Under the pieces are notes generated by a model that saw only the letters and a program-made list of their open reading frames with translations, did not search any database and was not told where the DNA came from. Positions 40,058 to 52,790 of a stretch of 64,000 bases of DNA are shown here, piece after piece. The translations under genes were made by a program, and so were the position numbers. The stretch covers positions 172,608,001-172,672,000 of the forward strand of contig OX597814.1 of the NCBI GenBank assembly GCA_951406725.2, read 5' to 3'. This DNA comes from Octopus vulgaris (taxonomy: Eukaryota). Positions within the stretch are counted from its first letter, which is position 1. Every line of letters begins with the position of its first letter.

Positions 40058-40402
40058 GCTCACAAGGCTTCGTTCGGCACGAGGCTATTGTACGCAGTGG
40101 GTGCACGCAGTGCGACTGAACCCAGAAGCATGTGGTTCGGAAGCAAGCTTCGTGCTTGGCAAGTCATGCTTCACATGTGCGTGTGAGTATATATGTATTC
40201 TTTTATTCTTTTACTTGTCTTAGTCAGTTGACTGCGGCCATGCTGGAGTATCGCATTGAAAGGTTTCACTTATTTCTTAAGCCTACAACTTATTCTACCA
40301 TTCCTTTTAGCCGGATCGCAAGGTTATGGGGACGTAAACACACCAACACCGGTTATCAGGAGCTCGTGGGACGGGGTGGCGGACAAGCACAGACACAAAC
40401 AC
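40058..40402 (-). mobile_element. SINE B fragments (head of one copy, tail of the next)
   Basis: Family motifs; the second copy is interrupted at its microsatellite by the PLE RT fragment. Confidence 0.8.
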
Positions 40403-41180
40403 ACCAAGGCGGAAGCCCTCCGCCAACTTCAAGATACCTCCTTCTACTGCCCTCTGCCCTCCAACCCCACGGCCGGCTACCAACAGACTGTATCCTCCAG
40501 TATTCATGACCTCATCGCCTCCTCTCTCTCCCCACCACCTCTAACTTCATTGTCCGCAACCCTCGTAATCCCACAATTTACTTCCTCCCCAAAATCCACA
40601 AACGTAACAACCCTGACCGCCTGATCGTCTCCGCCTGCAACTGCCCCACCGAACTCATCTCCAGATATCTTGACCGTGTCCTTTCCTCCTAGTGGCTTCC
40701 CTCCCCTCTCACATCCATAACACCAACCATGCTCTTTGTTCAACTCTTTCTCCTTCCCTCCTGGCCCCCTAAACTTCTCTTCAATCTTGACAACAAGAGT
40801 CTATACACAGTGATCCCTCACCACGAGGAGCTGCGTGCACTCCGATATTTCCTCGACCTTCGATCCAACCCTCATCCAGACACATCCATACTTCTTCGTC
40901 TGGCCGAACTTGTCATTTAACTGCTTCTCGTTCGCGGGTGATTTTTACCAGCAGTTCTCGGGATGGCCATGGGAACGATAATGGGCCCCAACTATGCGAA
41001 CCTATTCGTCGGCTACGTTACGGCCCAAATATTCTCAAGTTTCACTGGTCCCATTCCCGAGCTATGTGGCCGTTATACCTACGACTGTATCGGTGCGACC
41101 TCACTCTCCGCGAACATCTAGACTCCTTCCTTTCTTTTGTCAAATCTTTCCATCATGCCCTTTTGTCAAATCTTTCCATC
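40403..41180 (+). pseudogene. Penelope-like reverse transcriptase fragment, frameshifted
   Basis: EALRQLQDTSFY, IYFLPKIHK..PDRLIVSACNCPTE, LDNKSLYTVIPH, MAMGTIMGPNYANLFVG, RYTYDCIG (motif C). Confidence 0.92.
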
Positions 41181-41435
41181 CGACCTATTGTTGTATTTTG
41201 GAATGGTCATGTGGCCAGTTTAGCGAATGAAGACACGCAATATATTGGTAAAATTGGCAACATGACCATCCCTAAATATAACACTATCTGTTTCAACACG
41301 AGTTCACATCAAGAATGTTGCAAAACGAATACATTAACCTATACATGTATTTATATGTATATGTATATATATATATATAGTTTGTTTTTACTGCTTTATT
41401 CTCTTTGTTCTGTCTTTTACTGTTTTTACTTTTAT

Positions 41436-41504
41436 TGTCTTGTCGTCAGCTTCGGAACGCGGAGCAGACGAAATAGGGACAACTGAAGAAGGGGAATATT
41501 CCTT
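41436..41504 (+). ncRNA. Permuted hammerhead candidate, family 2 copy a (in repeat ~41380-41640)
   Basis: TGT-C|TTGTC gtcagcttc GGAACG cggagcagacgaaatagg GACAA CTGAAGA AGGGG aata TTCCT. Confidence 0.4.
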
Positions 41505-41696
41505 GTGTTGTATGTCTTGTACTTTGTTCTTTCGTTGTTTGAAAAATAGTTCTTTTTCATGTTTTTGTTTTTATGTTTTCGTTTCTCATTGTGTTCAACG
41601 TTTTTTGTGATGTCCTGTACCCAATTCTGCATGTATATTTACATATAGCTGTAAGTATGTACATATATGTGTATATGCATATATTTATATTATTTT

Positions 41697-41744
<48 letters not shown>

Positions 41745-42175
41745 GCGCTGTCATTGGTTTGCATGTCTACGATATCTATTATGTATATAAACGTTATGGT
41801 ATATTCGTGTGCATGCATGCTTGTATATCTGCATAAGTGTATTCATTCTAATGCGTTTATGTGTATCGATATCTATGTGTCAGTCCGTGCGTGCTTGCAT
41901 GCGTGCACGCTTGCTTGCGTGTGTGTATGTACGCGAGGGTATGGAGTGCGTGTGGACGCTTCTCGACTTACAGCATCACTTATCTGCGTTCTAGATTATT
42001 TAACTATGTGGAAGTGCATACGTTTGTAGATGTAACGAGTTTGAATGTATGTGTGATTATTTTCATATAACTTTGAGCTCCTATGCGTTTATTTAACGGT
42101 ATTTCAAAAAACGCGGTTGTATGAATGAGTCTAACGTATACATTCTACGTGTGTCATTGTACGCATGTGCATCAA

Positions 42176-42217
<42 letters not shown>

Positions 42218-42667
42218 CAAGACAAGAGAATATTTCTTAAGATTACTAAGTGTCTCTCCCTTTCTCTCTGTTTCTCACTATATAAATGCATATTTATATA
42301 TATGTATACGCATGCATACTTGTACTTACACGCACATACACACTTTCATGCGGACGCTTTCATGGACGCTTCATTTTTATGCTGTTGCCGCATTATGTCG
42401 TACGCGAATGAGAGGATTTGCATCCCCAACGTAGAATTTTTGATGTAATACATGTCCTTGAGGTAGTAGTTGTGCGCGGCTGAAGAAGGCCATAGACACA
42501 CATTATGCATTGTTATAAATCCGTCTAATAAAGGCCCGAAACATATGTACCGCTGAATCCTTGGCATCATGTTTTTATTTTGGTTAATTTACTCCACCAC
42601 CTACACCACCAAACGGTATATACAGGTGCTTACAATTATCAAGTACTCTCCCTATATATATATATAT

Positions 42668-42732
<65 letters not shown>

Positions 42733-42924
42733 GGGAGAGAGAGAGTGGGGAGAGTGAGAGAGAAAGAGATAAATTTTAAAATATTTCCCCCGCGTTACGT
42801 GATTAATGCATTCCTGAAAATATTACCGCAACGCGAAAACCAATAGCACAAAATTATTTTCCTGCTCTTTGACATGATATAAAGTGATAATGTGTTACGA
42901 CGTTTCTTTTTTGAACAGTGATAT

Positions 42925-43160
42925 ATATTTCTTTATTGCCCACAAGGGGCTAAACACAGAGGGGACAAACAAGGACAGACAAAGGGATTAAGTCGATTAC
43001 AACGACTCCCAGTGCGAAACTGGTACTTTATTTATCGACCCCGAAAGGATGAAAGGCAAAGTCGACCTCGGCGGAATTTGAACTCAGAACGTAGCGGCAG
43101 ACGAAATACCGCTAAGCATTTCGCCCGGCGTGCTAACGTTTCTGCCAGCTCGCCGCCTTA
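42925..43160 (-). mobile_element. SINE A, full length, young, AATAAA-type tail
   Basis: Clean A/B boxes and core; tail ...GCCCCTTGTGGGCAATAAAGAAAT. Confidence 0.93.
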
Positions 43161-43842
43161 ATAGAAAGGCAAAACAGAAATTTAATCAACACGACTAGTT
43201 CATGCATGAAAGCAAAATTTTCTAAACGGCATCGTACAAAATGTGTGTTAAAAAAAATTTCAAAAGAAATATGCTACGGAATGAATAAGAACCATGTTAT
43301 CATAATAGGGTATTGTTCTTATCACAGAAGATGTTGATTACTGCGTGAAGGATGGCCGTGCAGGAATGAGAGCTTCTGAAACGAAGAGGGACACTCCCCT
43401 GTCTTACAATTCATTATCATCAACATCTACTTGATGGATAAAGAGCTTATCCAAAATCGTTTGAAGTTTATGGTGTATCAGCTTTTTATGTTACTATGGT
43501 ATAGGAACTAAGCTCATTGTAAACTTCTCTGGTAATTTTTATGTTGGATTAAGGTTATTGACAACAGAATCTTGCAGACCTTCTTGTATAGATACTAAAC
43601 CCATCAGTTATACTCTTTGCAGTCAATTTTAGTTGAGTTGACTGAATTTCCGTATTCTCAACTTTCGTTTTTTATAACAGTATCAGTTTCTCTTTACTAT
43701 AGTCTTGGGGTGACCAAGGTGTGTTTAGTACACGAAAACTGAAAGAAGCTTATCGCATATATATTCGTGTATTCTTATATTTGTTTCAGTCGTTTGATTG
43801 CGAAATACACACACACACACACGCAGGCACACACGCACACAC

Positions 43843-43890
<48 letters not shown>

Positions 43891-43924
43891 ATAATAATAA
43901 TAATAATAATAATTATAATAATAA

Positions 43925-44280
43925 TAATAATTGGCTGAATGTAGGTGAAGATCAGCGGATGCGTAGACAAAGTGAAGTTGCAGTAGAGGAGAGGACTGCC
44001 AATCAATATAATGTAGAAAACTCTGTATTATGAGATGATATGACTGAGGAACAGAGAAACCTCAGGATTACACTCGAGGATATAGTAGTTACAAGAACAG
44101 AGACCAAGCCGGTGAATTTGAGAAGCTTCGAACACAACAATGTGAAAAGCGCGACCCAAAAGGTTGATGAGATTCTGAAAGACATTCTGACAAAAGATCA
44201 AGCGGAAACAAGGGACTTGATAGGATCCGCTTCATTTTCAGTAGGTGCAGGGCAAAGGCACGGAAGGGGTCTATAAAAAT
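43925..44280 (+). pseudogene. R4/Dong-like non-LTR retrotransposon fragment (pre-RT region)
   Basis: KVDEILKDILTKDQAETRDLIGSAS resembles the region upstream of R4/Dong RT; begins at an (AAT)n array. Confidence 0.45.
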
Positions 44281-45672
44281 GTGATCGAGTAGAAAAGGTA
44301 TGGATGTCCAAATCTTAATGTGCCAATAAGACCACAAAATTATCCTAGATCTTTATAATGATTGGGGACGAGTCAATGAACTCAATCAAAGGAATGGTGC
44401 CGTAAAGAAGGCCTAATTGGTAAACATGTGTACCTATAGATACGCGGTGAGTTTTTGGATCAGGGAAAATGTAAAGGAAAAGGAAAAGAAAAGCAAGGAA
44501 AAACATGGTGGCAGGTTGCAGCATTGCAACAAAGATAGTAGCAAGCCCCAAAGGAGAAGACGAAGTCTACTACTACCGCAGTTTTCGTGAGCAGCATCGT
44601 ACGCAGCTCCGGGATTATGTGTGGTGTGCGTGCACATGTACGTGTGTGTATCTCCACACATTTGGTAGTTCATTTACGTAGTGCATTTTCTATTGTATAT
44701 TTGGACCCTTGTGGCCAATAAAGAAAAGATTATGAATCTCATTGTTCTTGCTTTTGTTATATTACAGGCTACTATTCTTGTTATTAACATTGATAGGGAT
44801 ACTGCTGTTTTTGTATTGCAACTGTTATGATTGTTTGTTATTATAGTTGTTGTTATCATTATCAATATTGTTGTTGTTATTGCTGTTGGCGGTGATGTTG
44901 TTGTTCTTAATGTTGCTATTTCTTTTCACCTTATTTTGTTCTCCCTGACAACAGTTTCTTTTGCTTCGCTTTACTTCGCTCTCTTATTATATTTTTGTTT
45001 CGCTTATTCGTTTCTCGCTTCTCCTTCATTCTTTCATATATTGGATCATTGTCTCTTTCTCCCGCTCTTCAAATATGGCGTTGTATTCCACAAATCTTCA
45101 TTCCTCCGTCTTAAAACTCCTCTTTCACAACTCTACCCTCCCAAAACACACGCACACATAATCTCTCTCTCTCTTTTTCTGCTTCTCCTTCTTCCCAAAC
45201 TAACTCTCCTTCCTTTTCCTCCTCTCCCCATTAGCACCTCTCCATCTCCTCCCTTGCTCATCTACTCCTTTCCCTCACCTACTCGCTTTTCTCCCCTACA
45301 CTTTCTAGTTGATAACCTCATTTTGCCGCCCTCCCATCTGCAGTCTACAAGTTTCCACAGCAAGTCTTCATACATCCATTCATTCATACACTCAGTGCTA
45401 TGTCTCTGCTACTCTTCCCTATGCGCCTAAGCCATTCCGCGCCAGACCGCACCAGACCGCTCCATGCCACACCACAAAACATGGCACTACATAACGCCAC
45501 ATCCCCGTCATACACCGCCATCTATACAATAACTTGTGCCACACAAGGTAGCTAATTCGTTCGTCTCGTGCCGCGTCTGTGCGTCGACGTATACCACACT
45601 CCACATCTCACCACGCAACTTCATTGTTGGTTACTAGAGCTTGAAAAATGTATGCATGCACACACAAACACA

Positions 45673-45769
<97 letters not shown>

Positions 45770-45979
45770 GTACGTATATATACATTTATATACAGAGGCG
45801 TTTATGCATGCATACGTGTTTGTTACGTGTATGTGGAAGTCAATATATATATATATATGTGTGTGTGTGTGTACATACATTGTGTGTGTGTGTGCGTGTG
45901 TATGTGTGTGCGTGTGCATGTGTGTGTGTGTATGCATATATATATATCAATGTATCAATATATATATATACATATATAT

Positions 45980-46085
45980 AGCCGTGACTATGTGATAAGA
46001 AGACTAGTTCCCGGCCACATGGTTCCAGGTTCAGACGACTGCGTAGCACCTTGGGCAAGTGTCTTGTACTATAGAGTCGGGCTAT
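45980..46085 (+). mobile_element. SINE B head fragment
   Basis: CCACATGGTTCCAGGTTCAG...CACCTTGGGCAAGTGTCTT. Confidence 0.75.
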
Positions 46086-46380
46086 AGAGAAATTAAACCT
46101 TAATATCTTGAAATAATCTCCCCTCCTTTTTTCCTACATATAAAACAATGTAGAGAAAATAGAATCCGCACTCTAAACGTAGAGTAAAATATAATTATTC
46201 CATGTGAAAAATTACGCAATATGTGCGTTGATTATATTGGAGTACCATTTCATCAGAATGGCGTGAAGACGTGGTTATAAAAATATGAATTATAAGTTGC
46301 TTACATAGGGAAGGAAAATGACCATAATTATGACATAAAAATACAACTTAATGAAAATGGATGTAAATGATACAATAATA

Positions 46381-46421
<41 letters not shown>

Positions 46422-46887
46422 CAGCAGCAACTGCAGTAGTAGTAGTAGTAGGAGTAGGAGGAGTAGTAGTAGTAGTAGGAGTAGTAGAAGAAGAAGAAGA
46501 AGAAGAAGAAGAAGACGACGACAACGAAGAAGAAGAAGAAGAAAGAAATATTCTACTACTACTATTACTACTACTCATTACTATTGTATCTCTCCCTCTC
46601 TCTCTCCCTCACTCTTCTTCCTTGACTCTCTCGTCGGTCTCACGTGACCAGCAGCTATCGTTCTTTTTTCCTCTCGCTTTAGAAGAGATAAGACCTATTT
46701 TGCCTTTCTCTTGTTATAGCTCCTTTCTCCAGCATTCACCACTTCATTTCGTTATGGCTTAACAACCCTCACCGTTTGTTTTTACTGTTTTGTTCTCACT
46801 GTTCTGTTTTTGTTACCACTTTAACCTTCCGCAAAATTCCAATTTTTATTTATTTTGCTTTGCGGGAAGGACTGTTTTAACGAAGTA

Positions 46888-46957
46888 GCGTCTTGTCCCA
46901 ACCTTCGGAACGCGAAGTATAAAAAACAGGGGACAACTGATGAAGGGATTGTTCTTT
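46888..46957 (+). ncRNA. Permuted hammerhead candidate, family 2 copy b (in repeat ~46790-47095)
   Basis: GCGT-C|TTGTCCC aaccttc GGAACGC gaagtataaaaaacag GGGACAA CTGATGA AGGGA ttg TTCTT. Confidence 0.5.
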
Positions 46958-47125
46958 ATGTTGCCTGTCTCGTTTCTCTATTTGTTTCTTTCGTTGTCCG
47001 AAAATAAGTTCGTTTTCCATGTTTTTGTTTTTTTATGTTCCCGTTTTCATTTTGTTCACGTTTTTTGACGTCCTGTACCCATATATGCATGTATATATAC
47101 ATATATATATATGTAGTTATATACA

Positions 47126-47165
<40 letters not shown>

Positions 47166-47225
47166 TATATATATATATGCATATATATATATATGCATAT
47201 ATATATGCATATATATATATATATA

Positions 47226-47312
<87 letters not shown>

Positions 47313-47341
47313 TCAAGAAATATCTCAAACTGCATTTAATG

Positions 47342-47433
47342 CAGTTACATATCACTGACGAACATGAAATGCACTGACGAACATGAAATGCATATTCTGC
47401 ATTAAATGCGAAATCACATGTGATATGTAACTG
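47342..47433 (+). ncRNA. Rearranged type I hammerhead in a 130-bp island between (TA)n arrays
   Basis: Duplicated CTGACGA (47355, 47374), hairpin, GAAA-TCAC at GTGA-TA|TGTAACTG. Confidence 0.55.
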
Positions 47434-47439
47434 AATTCT

Positions 47440-47533
<94 letters not shown>

Positions 47534-48487
47534 ATCGTCATTGTTTCAATGCAGTACAATGTATAGCTGCGTACTTCTGGGTTCATTTGTCTGTGTGTCC
47601 CTTGTGTAACCTATTAATGTATGTTTCTGTGTCAATATACGTAGATTCACAGAAATACGCACGTGCACACACACACACACACACACGCACACACACACAC
47701 ACACACACACATACACACACAATCATATATGTATGTGTATGGGTATATGTGTGCGTATGTTTACAAGTATGTATGTGTTGAAATTAAAGGTAAGAAACCA
47801 AGCGCTTGATTGGGGAACCGCAAAGGATGAGAACGAAATAGCTATTGGAAAGAAAGGACTTTGTTTGAAATATCTACGATGAATAGAAGAGAGAGATTTA
47901 TGTATGTAACCTGTAATGCGATCTTATATAGATTAAAGAAAACACTGAACCACTCAGTCTTAGCTGTTTGGACCGAGTTAGATAGGATGAACTAGTTTGA
48001 ACTAACTGGCTTGAAGCGGATTGGATTAAGTTAAGAAGTAAAGTGGTTGTTAGGAGTAATGTAGTCAGTGCTATAAGTGTCTTAGTGTTGTGTAGAGTTG
48101 TTTTCCAACCTTTTTTTTTTACTTTTACTAAACTCTTGAAATACATTCCATGTTCCAAGGAACCCCTATATGAAATTTATTATCCATCTTTATTAATCTT
48201 TTCCTTTTCTTTCATTAAACTAAATTTCATAAACGATCGAACAAACCACAAAACTGACTTTGAAAGTTTTGACATTACTAAATTCATTACATGCCACAAA
48301 AAAATGGTTTTTGAATTTTCAACTTATGTTTAAAACTTAAAACCCATATAATTCAGTTTGTAAGAAAATAATTTTCCATTGGGTTTGTTTACTACCTTGC
48401 AGAATTTACTTTGAGTGCATAATTACAATGCTAATATGGAACTGAATACAAAAGTGAAAACAAAATGCGTTTTCGTATACTCTTACT

Positions 48488-48497
48488 AGATAGATAA

Positions 48498-48569
<72 letters not shown>

Positions 48570-48582
48570 GTGGGTAGGTAGG

Positions 48583-48617
<35 letters not shown>

Positions 48618-48741
48618 GTGGGTAGGTAGGTAGATAGATAGATAGATAGATAGACAGACAGATAGATAGATAGGTAGATAGATAGATAGATAGATAGATA
48701 ATTAGATATATAGATAGATAATTAGATAGATAGAATGATAA

Positions 48742-48805
<64 letters not shown>

Positions 48806-48815
48806 GTAGGTAGGT
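48488..48815. repeat. (GATA)n/(GGTA)n microsatellite
   Basis: Directly visible. Confidence 0.95.
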
Positions 48816-49954
48816 AAATAAACATGGTGAAAGTGAAAAACGATAGAAATATTAAAGAAAGAGGAGAGAAAGATGAAGGAGACAATGCGACAAAGAAATA
48901 CAAAGACAGTATAAAAAAGTGAATGCGAGATAAGAATGATAAAAAAAAATGTGGGGGAGGGATTGAGTTGGGAGAAGAAGAGAACAAGGAGCAAATTTAA
49001 GGGAGATATTTACGTAAGCCTAATTCCGGTTTGTGACCAGCCGCAGACAGATGAGATTGTCATATTGATAGACAGATCTGGCAAAGAGACAGATAAAATA
49101 AGACCCGAGAAGAAGTGACTGGGAAAGAAGCAGACAGGCTGATTGACACAAGGGAAGAACTACCTGAGAGACGCATACATTGTTTGACATTGATTCCAAA
49201 TGACAGATAAATAGACTGACTGTTTGACGGAAATGCGGAAATGCTGACAGACAGTCAGACAGGCATTCATTTAAATGACACGTAGGTAAACATACTGATT
49301 GACTGATTCATACGAAATGGCAGGCAGAAAGACTATCTCACTTCTGGAAAGCTATAGGTACAGTCTTTACAAACGAACGCAGAGACTATTATTTACAGAA
49401 GAGTTATAGAAACTGACAGATTACACAGTTGACTGGCTGATCGTGACTCATGACTGATAGAATGACAGGCAGACAGATGGACACTCATTCAGAATGACAT
49501 ACAAGTAGACGGTCTAGGAAATTGCCTGACAGATTTATAGCCTGCCTAATAAATTTTTAGCCAGACTGACAGATCTGTAAACAAACTGACTCAGATATAA
49601 ACAAAGAGACAGATATAAGTAGACAGTTATAGTGTTATACTTTTCTACGTTAATCAATGATCATTAGTGTGGTAATATTCTACTTGTAATTTCATTTTCT
49701 TCCTTACCCGTGGTTCATCTGGAAATACCTTCTGTTTTCCGTATAATTTTATATTTTTTTTTAGTTTCATTTATTGCTATGATCTGTGGATTTCATTTCG
49801 TTCAGGGAAGAGGCTGGTTTCTGCTGCTCACAGAATATTCGTTCTTCTTCATAAGATATGATTTCTTACTTAGTAGAGAGTGTCTTTCCTTCCGTAGAGA
49901 CACTCACAGCTATCTACATCAATTTCTTCCTCACTGTATAGAAAATGGAACGTA

Positions 49955-50790
49955 AACTTGGATAACCAAAGGAATGATACTGCTAATACAAAGGGACAAA
50001 AAAAGGGGATAAGCATGTAATAGGACTAAAAAAAAAACAGGGCTCATAGCAAATGAATTATATAGCTTTATGGATGAGAATCTCTCACCAGAGGAGCAAA
50101 GGTGATGCTGTAAGAAGTCAAAAGTAACTATTGTTTTTTTGTATATCGGTAGCATGCTACTATGTGAGGTACGCATAAGAAAGAAAAAAATGAAGCATCT
50201 TGTAGCCTTTCTCGTTAGCTATTGAAGTGCGTGCGGACAGGCAAAGTAAATGAGATTAAGCTTTTTGGAAAAAATCAATGAGATCAACGTAAGTAGAACT
50301 GAAATAAGGAAATGAATAATTACGAAATGTGAAAATTCGCAGAGGGGTGTTCCACGGAGACTAGCTACCTCTCCTTTATTTTTCGCTATTGTGTTAATCT
50401 CTCTCACAAATATGCTGTGAAAATCTAGACCTGCCTATGAGCATGCCAATAATACGGTGAAAATAAATGACCTGTTATATATGGTTGACGTTAAACTGGA
50501 AACTAAAAATGAAGACAGGAATTCTCTGATTCAAACAGTAAGAATATTTAGGATGGAAATTTGTGAATATTGGTATGCACTTCGGGGGAAATATCTGTGA
50601 AGCTTTAATCATAAAGAGGGGCCGAAAGGTTAAATTTTGTTCATAAAAAAATTTTACTAGTTACCACTGGATCGCTGAGAAATAATGAGGGATACAAGGA
50701 CCTACAGGTACTGCAGGACAATAAAACATGGAGAGAAACATTAGAGAGAAAGAGTATAAAAGAAAGATTAGTTGCTCAAATAACTGAAAG
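49955..50790 (+). pseudogene. Highly decayed R4/Dong-like RT remnant
   Basis: WITKGMILLIQRD, LSPEEQR, GVFHGD*L, KINDLLYMVDVKL (compare GIFQGDSLSP and INHLLYMDDLKL). Confidence 0.65.
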
Positions 50791-50844
50791 GCTTATCTGC
50801 TACATACATACGTACACACACACATACATACATACATACATGCA

Positions 50845-50878
<34 letters not shown>

Positions 50879-50916
50879 CATACATGCATACATACATACA
50901 TACATACGTACATATA

Positions 50917-51025
50917 TTCTTTTATTCTTTTATTAGTTTCAGGCATTTGCCAGCAGCCAAGCTGGAGCACCGCCTTTAGTCGAACAAATCGATTCCAGGA
51001 CTTATTCTTTTAAGCCTAGTACTCG
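50917..51025 (-). mobile_element. SINE B 3' tail fragment
   Basis: GCTGGAGCACCGCCTTTAGTCGAACAAATCGA..CAGGACTTATTCTT. Confidence 0.85.
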
Positions 51026-51051
51026 CTCTCTCTCTCTCTCACTCTCTCTCA

Positions 51052-51134
<83 letters not shown>

Positions 51135-51212
51135 GTATGTGTGTATGTATGTATGTATGTATGTATGTATGTATGTATGTATGTATGTATGTATGCATGT
51201 ATGTATGTATGT

Positions 51213-51600
51213 ATGGTGATTGCTTCATCTTTGCAGATGATTGCTCTCCCCATGTACCACGGTCAACCATCATCAGCTCCAAACGTCCGTCCATCACCCC
51301 TTAGGTGGCTTTTAAGTTCAGCATTATATTTGCATGGTCTATAGCAAATGTAACAGACAAAAGATGTGCCCTCTATTGGATTTATTGGATCAACTTGTGG
51401 GACGTCATCATTATGTACCCCCATATGCCTTTTAAGACCAGGTATTCATTTGCAGAACTTTTTGTACACCACACATGTTGTCTCACCTAGCATTGGCAAG
51501 ATAGAGCTGCATGCAGCTAGCTTTTTATATGATTTTAAATGAGTGATGTACCCAGATTTAGAGAGCAGTAAATGACCACACACGTCACAAATCCAGCTCA
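51213..51600 (-). mobile_element. 3' end of an RTE-like LINE with three C2H2-like fingers and an (ATAC)n tail
   Basis: [59 protein letters not shown], then a short UTR running into the tandem tail. Confidence 0.55.
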
Positions 51601-51751
51601 TACATACATACATACATACATACATACATACATACATACATACATACATACATACATACACGTCAATGTACATATATACATACATATATACATATTACGG
51701 AGATGTACTCGCATAGCAAGTGATTTGATCTGAGATCGTGTGCTGAAACGA

Positions 51752-52018
51752 AAACAATTGCAGCGTGGAAGGTGTTTGTAAGCCATTTAAGAAACACACA
51801 AAAGCCGTTCGATTCACTTCAACATTTAAGTTTAATTTGTCAAAATATTTTCGTCGCTAAAATCCGCGACCTGTTCACGGATTTTTTGTCAGTGAACAGG
51901 TCGCAGATTTTAGCGACGAAAATATTTCGACAAATTAAACTTAAATGTTGAAGTGAATCGAACGGCTTTTGTGTGTTTCTTAAATGGCTTACAAACACCT
52001 TCCACGCTGCAATTGTTT
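51752..52018. repeat. Near-perfect inverted repeat, arms ~127 bp, 13-bp spacer (PLE-end-like)
   Basis: AAACAATTGCAGCGTGGAAGG...CCTGTTCAC ggattttttgtca GTGAACAGG...CCTTCCACGCTGCAATTGTTT. Confidence 0.95.
51885..51934 (+). ncRNA. Hammerhead-like motif with G3-C8 swapped core
   Basis: TTTGTCA-GTGAACA-G-GTCGC agatttta GCGAC-GAAA-ATATTTC-GACAAA. Confidence 0.5.
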
Positions 52019-52244
52019 GCATATATACATACATACACATCAATGTATGTATGTAAGTCACTCGTTGGGATTGGTTCATCTGTACTTTTGTTTTCTCTTT
52101 GCTTCTGCTTCGAATTTTCAAAAGCGCTAAACTGTCACATGTACCACTGGTGGTTCATCGCAAACTTCACACAACTGCCAGTAACAGGCTGTGGCGGTTA
52201 ACGTGCACAGTTTGACGTTCTCTTTTACCTTTCCTGTGTAGATG

Positions 52245-52307
<63 letters not shown>

Positions 52308-52440
52308 TTTGACGTGTAGGAATATTCGTGAGGTTGCTTCCGATAGAACCCGATAGAGATATCTGAGGACTCTACTCTTACAACCCTCCCAGTAATAGTG
52401 GGAGAATATAGATAAAAATGTAGGTAAAAAGGTAGATAAC

Positions 52441-52476
<36 letters not shown>

Positions 52477-52496
52477 TAGGCAGATAGATAGACAGG

Positions 52497-52562
<66 letters not shown>

Positions 52563-52594
52563 GATAGATAGATGGATAGATGGATAGATAGATA

Positions 52595-52790
52595 AGTTTC
52601 TTTATTGACCACACAGGGCTGCACACAGATGGGACAAGTTACAAGGTAGAGCTTTTCTTTTGGGGGATGAAAAAAAACAACAAAAAAACAAAAGAATAAA
52701 AAAAAAGGGTGGCGTAGATTTTCGATCAAAAGGGATCGTAAAAGGGAAAAAAGAACAAAAAAAAAAGGAAAAGAAAAAATACGTTGGAAG
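52595..52790 (-). mobile_element. Retroposon 3' end with AATAAA, beside (GATA)n
   Basis: TTTCTTTATTGACCACACAGGGCTGCACACAGATGGGACAA resembles the alternative SINE A tail but continues into non-SINE sequence. Confidence 0.5.

Noticed and set aside
46937-47010. Canonical type III reading of family 2 using the downstream CCGAAAATAAG
   Set aside because: Sequence after that GAAA cannot pair with the GCGT stem III strand, unlike the loop-I copy
48090-48170. hAT/Charlie-like terminus (also near 33290 and 60700)
   Set aside because: Single decayed ends without a partner TIR or TSD
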